From contig CAWHHI010000006.1 in the NCBI GenBank assembly GCA_963829055.1, positions 512,001 through 576,000 on the forward strand: a stretch of DNA of 64,000 bases, read 5' to 3'. The notes under the pieces are model-generated. The model saw only the letters and a program-made list of their open reading frames with translations, was not told where the DNA came from and made no database searches. The position numbers were made by a program, and so were the translations under genes. The DNA is from an uncultured Gemmatimonadaceae bacterium (GTDB lineage Bacteria; Gemmatimonadota; Gemmatimonadetes; Gemmatimonadales; Gemmatimonadaceae). Shown here one piece after another: positions 10,628 to 20,952 of this stretch. Numbering within the stretch: the first letter of the stretch is position 1; each line of letters starts with the position of its first letter.

Positions 10628-11355
10628 GTGACGTCGCCATCCGACAGCAGCGATTCGTTCGACGTCACGGACGTCAATCGCGTTAGGCGCTATCACCAGC
10701 GCGGCCATTACGACCACGCGACCGTCTTCCGCATCCTCGACGAAGGGCTCGTCGCCCACGTCGCCTTCGTGGACGACGGCCGGCCTGTCGTGATTCCCAT
10801 GGCGTACGGCCGGGACGGCGACCGGCTGTTCCTCCACGCGGCTCGCAAGGGACGCATCACCACCACGCCCGCGGGCGAGCAGGTGAGCATTGGCGTACAC
10901 TCGTGGACGGGCTCGTCGTCGCGCGCTCGCTGTTCGACTCGTCGATGAACTACCGCGCCGTCGTCATCCACGGGCGCGCGTCCGTCGTTGAAGGCGAGGC
11001 CGAGCGGCTGCACGCGCTCAAGTGCATCGTCGAGCACATGATCCCGGGCCGATGGGCCGAGGCGGGTGTGCCGTCGGCGCAGCATCTCAAGGCTACGACG
11101 GTGCTCGAGGTCGAGATCGAGACGGCGTCAGCGAAGGTCCGCGACGGTGGCGTCAACGAGGACTACGACGCGGATTCGGCGGCGATGTGGTGCGGGGTGG
11201 TGCCGCTCGTTACGACGGTCGGGACACCCGAGGTGGATGCGGCGGTGCCGAGTGGTGTGGCGGTTCCGGCGTCGGTGCTTGGGCTCGGTCGTCGGTACGG
11301 GAGAGCCGATCGCTCGAATGACATACCCGACCAAACGATGACGTCGGCGAAATAG
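10628..11355 (+). CDS. Pyridoxamine 5'-phosphate oxidase-like flavin-binding protein (frameshift near 10900)
   Basis: [47 protein letters not shown]. Confidence 0.85.
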
Positions 11356-11428
11356 CACCCCCCGCGGTGCCGGGGCTACATTCTCTGGTCGAGACTCGAC
11401 ACGACCGACACGATCGCATTGGGCAAGC

Positions 11429-11533
11429 GTGTCATCCGGCGACCGTCGAGGGAACGTTTGTGAAGTATTTGTGGCCGGACCGGCTCGATGCCGGGCTCGA
11501 TCCGCCGACGGCAGGTCCATCCTCGGGATGACA
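11429..11533. repeat. Degenerate GTCAT REP-like element, type II
   Basis: GTGTCATCCG..GAGGGA..GTGAAGT..GTGGCCGG..CCTCGGGATGACA. Confidence 0.65.
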
Positions 11534-11558
11534 TGCAGCCCAGGAACCGCAGGGTCCA

Positions 11559-13060
11559 GTGACCGACGTATCCGCGTCCGCGCCGCCCAAGGCGACATCC
11601 ACGAGCACGCCCAGCACCGTCACGTCACGTCGGCTCTCACGACGACCGCAGAGCGGCGGCGTTACGACCGCTCGATCATCGAAGGGCCACTGCAAGGCCG
11701 CCGTGTGGAAGATCGCGTGGCCGACGATGCTCACGAACATCATCGGCGGCATGCAGGGCATCGTCGATCACGTGCTCGTCGGGCACCTCGTCGGCTACAA
11801 GGGCAACGCGGCCATCGGCGTCGCGTGGCAGATCTTCCTCATCGTCATCGCGTTCATCTCGTCGCTGTTCATCGGCATGGGCGTGCTCGTCGCGCGCTTC
11901 GCCGGCGCGGGCGATGAAGACAAGGTCGACCGCGTCGTCTACCAGGCGTTTCTGACGGCCGTCGGGATCTCGCTGTTGATCATGGCGCCGATCGGCTGGT
12001 TCGCGTCGCCGCGGCTGCTCGATCTCGTGAACGCCGCACCGCAGGTGAAGGCCGAGGCGCTGCCGTTTCTGCGCATCATGTTCCTGTGCAGCATCGGCAT
12101 GATGGTGTTCTTCATGTTAGGCGGCGCGCTTCGCGCCGCCGGCGACGCGCGGACGCCGATGATGCTCGGCATCGCGCATGACGGTGCTGAACCTCGTGCT
12201 CAACATCGTCTTCATTCGCGGACTCGGGCCCGATTCCGGCGCTCGGCACCAAGGGCGCGGCGGTGGGAACGTGCATCGCGTCGGGCATCATCGATGGTGT
12301 ACGCGCTCGTGGAAGCTCTGGAGTGGCACGTGGGTCGTGAAATTTCCACGCGGCCAGGGATTCGGACCGGACTGGGCGATCATCCGATCGCTGTTCAGGT
12401 TCGGCCTGCCGTCCGGAATTCAGGGCATCGCGATGAACGTCGGCGGGACGCTGATGCTCGCGTTCATCGGCTCGGTGGCGCAGGGGCGCGGCGGCGCAGG
12501 CGGCGTTCGCGATCGGCTACTCGCAGCTCTTCTCGCTCATCACGTGGACGTCGGTCGGACTCATGGGCGCGGCGGCCGCGGTCGCCGGCCAGAACCTCGG
12601 CGCCGCGCAATCCCGATCGTGCCAACGAGGCCGTGCACGTCGCCGCGCGCTTCGGCGTCGTCGGGCGCCGCGATCATCGGCGCGTTCTTCCTGTTCCTCC
12701 CGCGCCAGCTGCTCGGCGTGTTCGGCATGAACGACCCGGCGGTGCTCGAGATCGGCGCGCAGCTGCTGCGTGTGCTCGAGCGTCTCCGGACTGTTCATCA
12801 CGCGTCGCGCTGACGTACACCGGCGGCCTGCAGGGCACGGGCGACACGAAGAGCCCGCTCTACATCTCGATCGTCTCGCAGATCGTCGTGCCGTTAGGCA
12901 TCTGCTTCGTGATCAAGCGAGACGGGCACGCTCGCAGCCGATCCACATCTGGATCGCGATCCTGGTCGGCCACGCGACGCGATGCGTGCTGAGCGTGGTG
13001 CGGTTCAATCAGGGGAAGTGGCGGAACATCGCGGTCGCGATCGGCGGTGAGCAGGCGTAG
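11559..13060 (+). CDS. MATE family efflux transporter (multiple frameshifts)
   Basis: IAWP, VDHVLVGHL, LRAAGDARTPM, NLVLN, GLQGTGDTKSPL. Confidence 0.85.
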
Positions 13061-13061
13061 G

Positions 13062-13873
13062 ATGACTCGACGCCAGATCGCTACGACGCCTTCCGCACGC
13101 TGCATCAGTCCGGATGCTTCGTGATCCCCAATCCATGGGACCTCGGCAGCGCGCGCATGCTCGTGCACCTCGGCTTCAAGGCGCTGGCGACCACGAGCTC
13201 CGGCTTCGCGTGGTCGGTGGGTCGTCGCGACAATCACGTGTCGCTCGATCAGGCGCTCGTGCATCTGCGCGCGATCGCCGAGGGCGTGAGCGTGCCGGTC
13301 AACGCGGACTTCGAGGGCGGCTTCGCCGTCGAGCCCGAGGGTGTGGCGACGAATGTCGCGGCCGCGGTGACGACTGGTGTCGCCGGATTGTCGATCGAAG
13401 ACTCCACCGGCGACGCGAGTGCGCCGCTCTTCGACTTCGCGCTCTCCGTCGAGCGCATTCGTGCAGCGCGTCGAGCAATCGATCAGAGTCGAACTGGCGT
13501 GCTGCTCACGGGGCGCTCGGAGGGGTTCATCGTCGGACGGCCGGACCTGGCCGAGACGATCCGTAGACTGACCGCGTATGCGGAGGCAGGCGCGGACTGC
13601 CTCTATGCGCCTGGCCTCGAGACGATCGCGGACTTCAAAGCGGTCGTGGATGCAGTCGCGCCCAAGCCGGTGAACGCGCTCGTGTACAGCGACTTCGCGA
13701 CGGTCGCCGAGCTCGCGAGTCTTGGCGTGCGCCGCATCAGCATCGGCGGTGCGTTGGCTCGCGCGGCGTGGACCGGCTTCATCGCTGCCGCGACGGAGAT
13801 CGCGGAGAAGGGAACGTTCACGGGCCTGGCGCGCGCGGTTCCTTCCTCGGCCATCGAGCGCGCGTTCGACTGA
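13062..13873 (+). CDS. Isocitrate lyase / PEP mutase family protein
   Basis: PNPWD, ATTSSG, NADFEGG, SIED, AYAEAGADCLYAPG. Confidence 0.9.
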
Positions 13874-14082
13874 GCTCGTCGGCGAGCTGAGCGAATGGCG
13901 CCTACGTCAAGGCTCTCTGGCGCCGAACGGTACGTGTGCATGGCTCACGCGCACTGTCGTGCCTCTTCGAGAAGCTCGAGGGCTTTCTCGCGAGCAACCG
14001 TCCGCGCTGTGACAGGAACGCACGAATGTTGATCGCCAGGCGGAACACGGATGAGTCCGTGGCAGCAGCAAGAGTTTGCGAA

Positions 14083-14315
14083 CTGCGAACGGCATGACAG
14101 GATGGCCAGGATGGCCAGGATTTGCAGGTTGATTGGCGTAGGCGTCGAATATGCGGTCGCCAGGACCTCGTGATTCCTGTGATGCAACTCAGGGAGAGTA
14201 GCATCTCGAGCGGCTGTTCGCCGCATTCCCGGTTCGTTGCGCGAGCGAGCGTGGATGCCGACGATCTTCCTGTCAATCCTGCGCCATCCTGGCCATCCTG
14301 TCATGCAGTTCGCAG
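14083..14315. repeat. Inverted-repeat element with CAGGATGGC-periodic arms
   Basis: 14083-14128 is a near-perfect reverse complement of 14269-14315; a related arm lies at 52085-52121. Confidence 0.75.
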
Positions 14316-14442
14316 GTCCTCGCCCCGGTCCGAGCCGAGCCACTCCTCGCCGCGAGCCGGAGCGTCGAGTACGTTCTTTCCTCCTCGGCGTACCGTCTGT
14401 ATCCGCACCTGTCTGCTGCCCGCACGCGATACCGGAGACTGA

Positions 14443-15754
14443 ATGAGCGGCGACGCTGCGCCCCCGACTGACGTAGGCATGCCGCTGACGGCCACCGCAG
14501 ACGACGCGGGGCTGTTCGGGTGGTGGCGCGTCGCCAGCACGTCGTCGCGACGCGCGCTCGTCGCCGCGGGACTCGGCTGGGCGCTCGACGCGTTCGACGT
14601 CATGCTGTTCTCGCTGACGCTCGCGGCGGTCATCGCCGATCTCGGCCTCACGAAGACGCAGGCGGGCGCGCTCGGGTCGATCACGTTGTTAGGCGGCGCG
14701 GCCGGTGGTCTCATCTTCGGCCACGTCGCCGATCGATTCGGGCGCACGCGTGCGTTGATGGCGAGCGTGTTGATCTACTCCGTGTTTACCGCGGCGTGCG
14801 GCCTGTCCCAGACGTTGTGGCAGTTCGCGATCTTCCGCGCGCTGCTCGGCCTCGGCATGGGCGGCGAGTGGGCCAGCGGCGCGGCGCTCGTCTCGGAGAC
14901 GTGGCCGGCGAAGCATTGCGGGCGCGCGTTAGGCTACATGCAGAGCGCCTGGGCCATCGGGTTTGCCGTGGCGGCCATGGTCGTCGGGTTCGTGCTGCCG
15001 CGGTACGGATGGCGCGTGGTGTTCTTCGTCGGGATCCTGCCCGCGTTTTTCACGCTGTGGGTGCGGCGAAACGTGGAAGAGCCCGACGTCTGGAAGGCGC
15101 ACCGCCGAGCGGTCGGTGCCGCCGGCGCGAGCGGCCGCACGGCTGGGCCGCTTCACCGACATCTTCAAAGGCAAGATGCTCGGCCTAACGAGCGCGGTGA
15201 CGTTCATGAACGCCTGCGCGCTGTTCGGCTGGTGGGGGCTCAACGGCTGGGTGCCCGCCTACCTGTCGCTGCCCGTCGCGCAGGGCGGTATCGGACTCGG
15301 CACCGAAACGATGTCGTGGTTCATCGTCGCGATGCAGGTCGGGATGTGGATCGGGTACGTCTCGTTCGGCTACATCACCGACGCGGTCGGCCGGAAGCGC
15401 GTGTACGTGACGTATCTCGTGATGGCGAGCCTGCTGTTGCCGCTCTACGGTTTCATGAAGGTCCCGCTCGTACTGCTGTTGCTCGGGCCGTTCGTGGCAT
15501 TCTTCGGTACCGGCTTCTTCAGCGGCTTCGGCGCTGTCACGGCCGAGATCTATCCCACATCCATTCGCGCCACGGCGCAGGGCTTCACGTACAACCTCGG
15601 CCGCATCGCGAGCGCAGCCGCGCCGTTCACCGTCGGGAAACTCGCGACGTCGCACGGCTTCAGCACGGCGTTTGCGGTGGCGGGTGCGGTGTACCTCCTC
15701 GGTGCACTGGCGTGGAGCTGGATACCCGAGACTCGCGGCCGAGAGCTGACGTAA
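14443..15754 (+). CDS. MFS transporter (frameshift near 15130)
   Basis: WALDAFD, GHVADRFGR, GMGGEW, EIYPTSIRATAQG. Confidence 0.9.
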
Positions 15755-15900
15755 TCCTGACGGCTGCGTTAGGCATCGTGTCATATCCGTTGCCGTTGGT
15801 TGGATATCCATCATTCCGTCGATTGCAGCGCGCGGTGTTGTGACGGTTCCCGCCGCCGGGTGCCTCGCGCCGTCCGTTGCTCCCTGTCAGCAGCGAAGCA

Positions 15901-16353
15901 ATGAGCGCCAGAACTCGATGAGCCGGCCTGCGGAAGATTGGCCTCCCATGACGAGTGGCATTGCAGCGGCCGCTCTCGTTGTCGTGGACCATACGCCGGC
16001 GATGCTCGCCTACTGGGATGACAGTCTGCGCTGTCGCTTCGCGAATGCCGCCTATCTCCAGTGGATGGGGAAGTCGCGCGAAGAGGCGTTGGGCGCACAT
16101 CGCCGACGTCACACCGATAAAAGCGTTGGAGGCATCGCTCCGAGAGGCGAACGCGGCACTGCAGCATTCACTGGATCAGATGCGCGAGCTGCGCGCGATC
16201 GTGCCCATCTGCGTGTACTGTAAGAGCGTGCGGACGGACGAGAACTACTGGCAGCAGGTCGAGACCTACATCCGCCGGTTCACGACCGCCCAGTTCTCGC
16301 ACGGGATCTGCCCGCAGTGCTACGAGAAGGCGGCACGGGAGCTGTTGCCATAG
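15901..16353 (+). pseudogene. Partial PAS domain joined to a Cys-rich C-terminal module (internal deletion plus frameshift)
   Basis: LAYWDDSLRCRFANAAY is followed directly by IADVT and IVPICVYCKSVR..FSHGICPQC. Confidence 0.6.
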
Positions 16354-16451
16354 CCGTGCCGCTGGCCCGGTGGGGCGGCCGACCACGTTAGGCGGTGGAC
16401 GGTACCCGCGGGGATAGTGACGGACGGTGGCGTTCGCTAGCTTGTCCCCTC

Positions 16452-17111
16452 ATGCCATTCACGCCAAGCCACACCATCCGGCTCGCCGCCTGCGCCGCAG
16501 CCTTTCACCTGCTCGCGGCGACTTCCGGGGCCGCTCAGCGCCTCACCGTCGCCGGCATGTTCTCGAGCACGACGCACGACCAGCTGAACCAACCGATCGG
16601 CGCGATGTTGTCGCTCATTACCGGGGGCGCCGGCAGCCGCGTCAACATCCTGGTCTCGATAAGCCGGCAGCAGCGCACGTCCGATGGGACCGGACAGGTC
16701 TGCGGAGGCCTCATCGACCCGAATAACTGCCCGGTGGAGTCATTCGAGGAAATGGGACGGCTCTCGCTCCTGGGTTTTGGCGCCGACGTTCACCTCGTGG
16801 GCTCCTCCGCGGTCGCGCTGTCCTTCCAGCCGCAGTTCCTCTGGGGACGTGCGCGGACGGAAACGGAAGGAGCCACTACTAGCAACCGGCTGTTTGCCGA
16901 GAAGGGGCAGCTCGGGTTCTCGGGAGGTCTCGAACTGCGGGCGTTTCCATTTCGCGACTTCCCGGTTGGCGTCGCACTTGGCGGCGCCTACAGCCGACTC
17001 GGCCCATCAAGCGGTGATGAGCCTCAGGACGCCTACACGCCGTTCGACCACTGGTACTCGGTGTGGACAGCGTACCTCGGCGCGACGCTCGGGTGGGGCA
17101 GGCGCAGGTAA
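16452..17111 (+). CDS. Secreted hypothetical protein, probable outer-membrane beta-barrel
   Basis: Signal peptide, alternating beta pattern, C-terminal YLGATLGW. Confidence 0.55.
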   Translation: MPFTPSHTIRLAACAAAFHLLAATSGAAQRLTVAGMFSSTTHDQLNQPIGAMLSLITGGAGSRVNILVSISRQQRTSDGTGQVCGGLIDPNNCPVESFEEMGRLSLLGFGADVHLVGSSAVALSFQPQFLWGRARTETEGATTSNRLFAEKGQLGFSGGLELRAFPFRDFPVGVALGGAYSRLGPSSGDEPQDAYTPFDHWYSVWTAYLGATLGWGRRR

Positions 17112-17117
17112 ACGGGC

Positions 17118-17180
17118 CGGAGGAAGGAGGCCTTAGGAAGGAGGAAGGAGGAGGGCGGACGGCGGATGGCGGAGGAAAGG
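17118..17180 (+). repeat. Heptamer-periodic purine-rich tract
   Basis: GGAAGGA and GGCGGAY units; similar tract at 47775-47800. Confidence 0.55.
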
Positions 17181-17183
17181 CGG

Positions 17184-17289
17184 TGTCATCCCGAGCGCAG
17201 CGAGGGACCTTGTGTGATGTCATCGTAGCCGCCTAGCCACGAGTACTTCACAGGAGGTCCCTCGTCGCTGCCGCTCCTCGGGATGACAG
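17184..17289. repeat. GTCAT REP-like element, type II
   Basis: GTGTCATCCCGAGC..GAGGGACCT..GCCACGAGTACTTCAC..AGGTCCCTC..CTCGGGATGACA. Confidence 0.85.
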
Positions 17290-17443
17290 CGTGTTTGTTC
17301 CTCCTTACTACGGCCTCCTTCTTCGCACGGCTCCGTCTCGTTCGGCCTAGTAGCGGCAAGCCAGTTCGACGTTGTGGGTGCCGCAGCATTTCAAGCCGGG
17401 ACGTAAGGAACTGAGACGACGTTATTTCATGGGAGCGTGACGC

Positions 17444-17959
17444 GTGGCCAAGCGAAGTGGAGATTCGCGAGGGGGATGGGTCGGGTTGATGGGGTGGCTC
17501 GCGCTCTGCTTCGCGGCGGGCGGTGCAGGGGCGGTGGCGACCGTGGACGTCGTGCCGTTCTACGCGTCGCTCGTGAAGCCGCCGTGGGCGCCGCCGGCGT
17601 GGCTGTTCGCGCCGGCGTGGACGGTGCTCTACATCCTGATGGGCGTGGCGGCGTGGCTCGTGTGGCGCGAACGTGATCTCGACGAAACGCGGGCGCTGAG
17701 CCGCCGTCAGGGCCTCGTGCTGTTCGTCGTCCAACTCGTTCTCAACGCGCTGTGGACGTGGCTCTTCTTCCGCTGGCGCGTGGGTGGAGTAGCGATGGCC
17801 GAGCTGGTGCTGATGTGGATCACGGTCGCGATCGTCGCGAGGCTCTTCTCGCGCGTGAAGCCGATCGCGGCGTGGCTACTCGTGCCGTATCTGTGTTGGC
17901 TGATTTACGCGGGCGCGCTCAACTGGACGGTCTGGCGCGCGAACCCGGGCGTGTTCTAG
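17444..17959 (+). CDS. tspO: TspO/MBR tryptophan-rich sensory protein
   Basis: YASLVKPPWAPPAWLFAPAWT, QLVLNALW, LLVPYLCW. Confidence 0.92.
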   Translation: MAKRSGDSRGGWVGLMGWLALCFAAGGAGAVATVDVVPFYASLVKPPWAPPAWLFAPAWTVLYILMGVAAWLVWRERDLDETRALSRRQGLVLFVVQLVLNALWTWLFFRWRVGGVAMAELVLMWITVAIVARLFSRVKPIAAWLLVPYLCWLIYAGALNWTVWRANPGVF

Positions 17960-17985
17960 GGCGGACGGAGGGCGGAAGCGGACGG

Positions 17986-18138
17986 GTGTCATCCCGAGCG
18001 CGGGAGCCCGCGCAGCGGGCAGATGAGGGACCTTCTGTGAAGTCATCGTGGCCGGTCTTGCCACGAGTACTTCACAGAAGATCCCTCCCTTCGTCGCTGC
18101 GCTCCTCAGGGCAGGCTCCGGCGCTCCTCGGGCTGACA
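17986..18138. repeat. GTCAT REP-like element, type II
   Basis: Same ends and GTGAAGTCATCGTGGC/GCCACGAGTACTTCAC core; lies between convergent genes. Confidence 0.8.
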
Positions 18139-18143
18139 GACGC

Positions 18144-18482
18144 CTACTTCCTCTCCGGGACTAGAACCCCGAGGCGATCGCCGCGGTGAACTTCGAGCGA
18201 GCCGGTGTCCTCCTCCGGCTGCCCCTGCGGATGCACGAAGAAATCGACGTTCCCCTCGAGCACGATCGGGTCAGCGACACGGAGTGTGGCGGTAGTTCCC
18301 GCGGGCACGACGCCCAGCTCGATCTCGCCGAAGCCGTCCTGCGCGTATACTCGCACGGGAACGTGCCGGTTGTTCTGGACTTGCACGAACGTCATGGCCG
18401 ACGAGTCAGGCACTGACGATTTGTGTTTCGGTGGCTTGGTCGACGCGAGCTGCGTCGCGAGTAGTGCGGCAATGATGAACAT
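18144..18482 (-). CDS. Small secreted hypothetical protein
   Basis: Hydrophobic N-terminus; VQVQNNR..VRVY..LGVVPAG beta-rich domain. Confidence 0.6.
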   Translation of the reverse strand: MFIIAALLATQLASTKPPKHKSSVPDSSAMTFVQVQNNRHVPVRVYAQDGFGEIELGVVPAGTTATLRVADPIVLEGNVDFFVHPQGQPEEDTGSLEVHRGDRLGVLVPERK

Positions 18483-18499
18483 GATGATCTCCTGGTTGT

Positions 18500-18641
18500 G
18501 TGTCATTCCGGGCGGAGTCTGTCATTCCGAGCGAGCGCAGCGAGTCGAGGAATCGAGCCTGGCGTCCCGGTAGAGGGCCCTCTACCATGTACAGTCGACG
18601 ATTCCTCGACTCCGCGCCTCGGCGCTCCGCTCGGAATGACA
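18500..18641. repeat. GTCAT REP-like element, type I, with duplicated left end
   Basis: Perfect central palindrome GGTAGAGGGCCCTCTACC. Confidence 0.85.
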
Positions 18642-18644
18642 ACA

Positions 18645-19235
18645 CTATGGATGGAAGCCGACGCCGATCGTTAGGCCGACGTCGTTGCGAGTAGAATGCG
18701 TAGCATCGGCCGTCGGGGCAGCGTACGAGACGATGTTGTCCCGCGCCGCGAGGCGGATCGCCGAGCGTCCGAGCGCGACCTCCGTCCCGATCGCGGCGAA
18801 ACCCTCACCCCCCGTCCGGTCGTCGAGCTCGGACGTCGAGAACGAGTAGCGACGGATCCCACCGCCGACATCGGCGAATGGGCGCATGGCCCACCGACGC
18901 GTGTTGCCTCGCGCACCGCCGACCTCGAGTCCCACGCCAGCCTGATAGACGTTCGCGTGCGTGTCGGTCGGCAGCAGGCTGGTCGACGGATGTGACCAGC
19001 CGAAGTCGCCGAGCAAGTCGAGGTGCGTCCCGAGGGCGTAGTTGCCCTGTGCGCCGAGCAACAGCGCGGTATCGAAGTCGTCGCTCGCATTCCCTGTGGG
19101 AATCGATGCGCCAGCGTACGTCGCGAAATTGAAGCGCGGCACGTACGTCGGCGGTGCGTCCTGCGCGGGCAGAGAGGTGGCGAGCGCGAAGCAGGTCGCG
19201 CCGAGGAAGGCGAGGGTCGAGGTACGGTACTTCAT
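18645..19235 (-). CDS. Outer-membrane beta-barrel protein
   Basis: Signal peptide; PFADVGGG; C-terminal TIGVGF. Confidence 0.7.
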   Translation of the reverse strand: MKYRTSTLAFLGATCFALATSLPAQDAPPTYVPRFNFATYAGASIPTGNASDDFDTALLLGAQGNYALGTHLDLLGDFGWSHPSTSLLPTDTHANVYQAGVGLEVGGARGNTRRWAMRPFADVGGGIRRYSFSTSELDDRTGGEGFAAIGTEVALGRSAIRLAARDNIVSYAAPTADATHSTRNDVGLTIGVGFHP

Positions 19236-19298
19236 GGAAATTCTCCTGTCGTCTGTTGTCGATGTTGGAGGTGATGCGATCGCGACACGGCGAGACCG

Positions 19299-20039
19299 CT
19301 ACATCGCGGTCTCGTGCAGCGTGGCGGTGACTGGCCCGCTCGGCGTGTCGATACTGGCTGTCACGTCATCCGGGCCGGCGTTCGGGCCTAACGTGAGCGC
19401 ATCCGTCGCGACACCGAATGCGTCCGTGGTAACGGTCGTCGCCGTGAGCGATCCGCTGGCGTCGTCCGAGAACGTGACGGTCACGTTAGGTACGGCGTTC
19501 CCGTACTGGTCGACGACCCTGACCGTCAGCGGCGACGAGAGCGCGCTTCCCGCCGCGGCACTCTGCGCGTCACCCGCAGTCACCATGATGGTCGCGGCGA
19601 CACCCGGCGCCGCGGTGGCGAGCACCAGTACTGGCGACAGGCTCCCGGCCTGAACGGCGAGCGTGTCCGTTCCGGCGACGGTGCCTAACGTCCAGTTCAC
19701 CGCCACCTGCCCGTTCGTGTCCGTCGTGAGCTGCGCGCTCGGAACGCTTCCGGACGCCGTGCCAAGCGTGAGGTTCACCGCCACTCCGGCCAGCGCCTTG
19801 CCGTTCTGATCGTTCACCTGCACCACCACCGGAGTGGCCAGCACGGCGCCGACCGTCCCACTCTGCGAGCCACCGCTCAGCACGGTCACAGCGCTGGCCG
19901 TCAGCGGCGCAGTCGAGTCGTCATTGTGGCACGCCGCGAGCCCCAGGACGGCCACGCACGCCGTCAGTATCCGTGAAGCACGGATACCCCGCCGTGCGGA
20001 GGGTGACCGGAGTGTCAATGAGCCGTTTAGGTCGGGCAT
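19299..20039 (-). CDS. Ig-like (Big_1) domain lipoprotein
   Basis: Lipobox LAAC; two repeats of GxxQS..PxxVxVxDxxGN..TD..G.A. Confidence 0.8.
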   Translation of the reverse strand: MPDLNGSLTLRSPSARRGIRASRILTACVAVLGLAACHNDDSTAPLTASAVTVLSGGSQSGTVGAVLATPVVVQVNDQNGKALAGVAVNLTLGTASGSVPSAQLTTDTNGQVAVNWTLGTVAGTDTLAVQAGSLSPVLVLATAAPGVAATIMVTAGDAQSAAAGSALSSPLTVRVVDQYGNAVPNVTVTFSDDASGSLTATTVTTDAFGVATDALTLGPNAGPDDVTASIDTPSGPVTATLHETAM

Positions 20040-20250
20040 GGTAGTCTCCTCGATATCAGCCTGTGATCGTCACCGGCACCTGGCGCCGGCGGAGCGCGTC
20101 GCGGAGTCGTTCTCGCGCGAGCCCCCGTACTCTGGAGGACAGAGCACAGCCGGGAGTCGTTAGGGCGCCGCGCAGGTCTTAACGAGTTCTCAATGCCGTT
20201 CGCGTCGTTCGCGCTGCCCGCAGTGCCGTCCCGCACGGAGTGCTCGACTC

Positions 20251-20952
20251 ATGTCCTTCGTCGACTCGATTCTCGTCATCGAGGATGATCCATTGATCGC
20301 GGCCGTCGTTGCCGACGCGCTGCGTGGCACGGCACGCTCCGTCCGACGCGCGAGCACCGCCACCCAAGGCGTCGCTGCCGCACGCGATGAACCGCCCGGG
20401 CTCATCGTCCTCGACCTCGGCCTCCCGGACCTGGACGGCGTGAGCGTGTGCCGGAAGCTTCGCGACACCACGCGCGTTCCCATCGTCGTGCTCAGCGCGC
20501 GTCAGGCAGAGCGCGACAAGGTTCAACTGCTCAACGCGGGCGCGGACGACTACGTGACGAAGCCGTTCAGCACGCCGGAGCTCGTGGCCCGCGTGCAGGC
20601 GCAGCTCAGACGATCACAGCTCTATCAGACTGACTCGCCCGGTGTCATCCAGATCGGCGACCTGTCGATCGATCTCGCCCGACGCACCGCCGCGCGCAAC
20701 GGTCGCGACGTCGGCCTGACGCCGGTCGAGTGGCATCTGCTCCGCGTGCTCGCGACGAACGCGGGACGCACACTCACCCATCGACAACTATTCCATGCGG
20801 TGTGGGGCAACGTCTTCGGCGACGCGCAGCAGAATCTGCGCGTGCACATCACGCACTTGCGCCGGAAGATCGAGACGACGCCCGCGGCACCGTCGATCAT
20901 CGTGACGGAGCCGGGCGTAGGCTATCGCTGCGAGATCGCCGACCCATCATGA
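20251..20952 (+). CDS. KdpE-like OmpR-family response regulator
   Basis: IEDD, LDLGLPD, GADDYVTKPF, LRVHITHLRRKIE, TEPGVGY. Confidence 0.9.
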   Translation: MSFVDSILVIEDDPLIAAVVADALRGTARSVRRASTATQGVAAARDEPPGLIVLDLGLPDLDGVSVCRKLRDTTRVPIVVLSARQAERDKVQLLNAGADDYVTKPFSTPELVARVQAQLRRSQLYQTDSPGVIQIGDLSIDLARRTAARNGRDVGLTPVEWHLLRVLATNAGRTLTHRQLFHAVWGNVFGDAQQNLRVHITHLRRKIETTPAAPSIIVTEPGVGYRCEIADPS

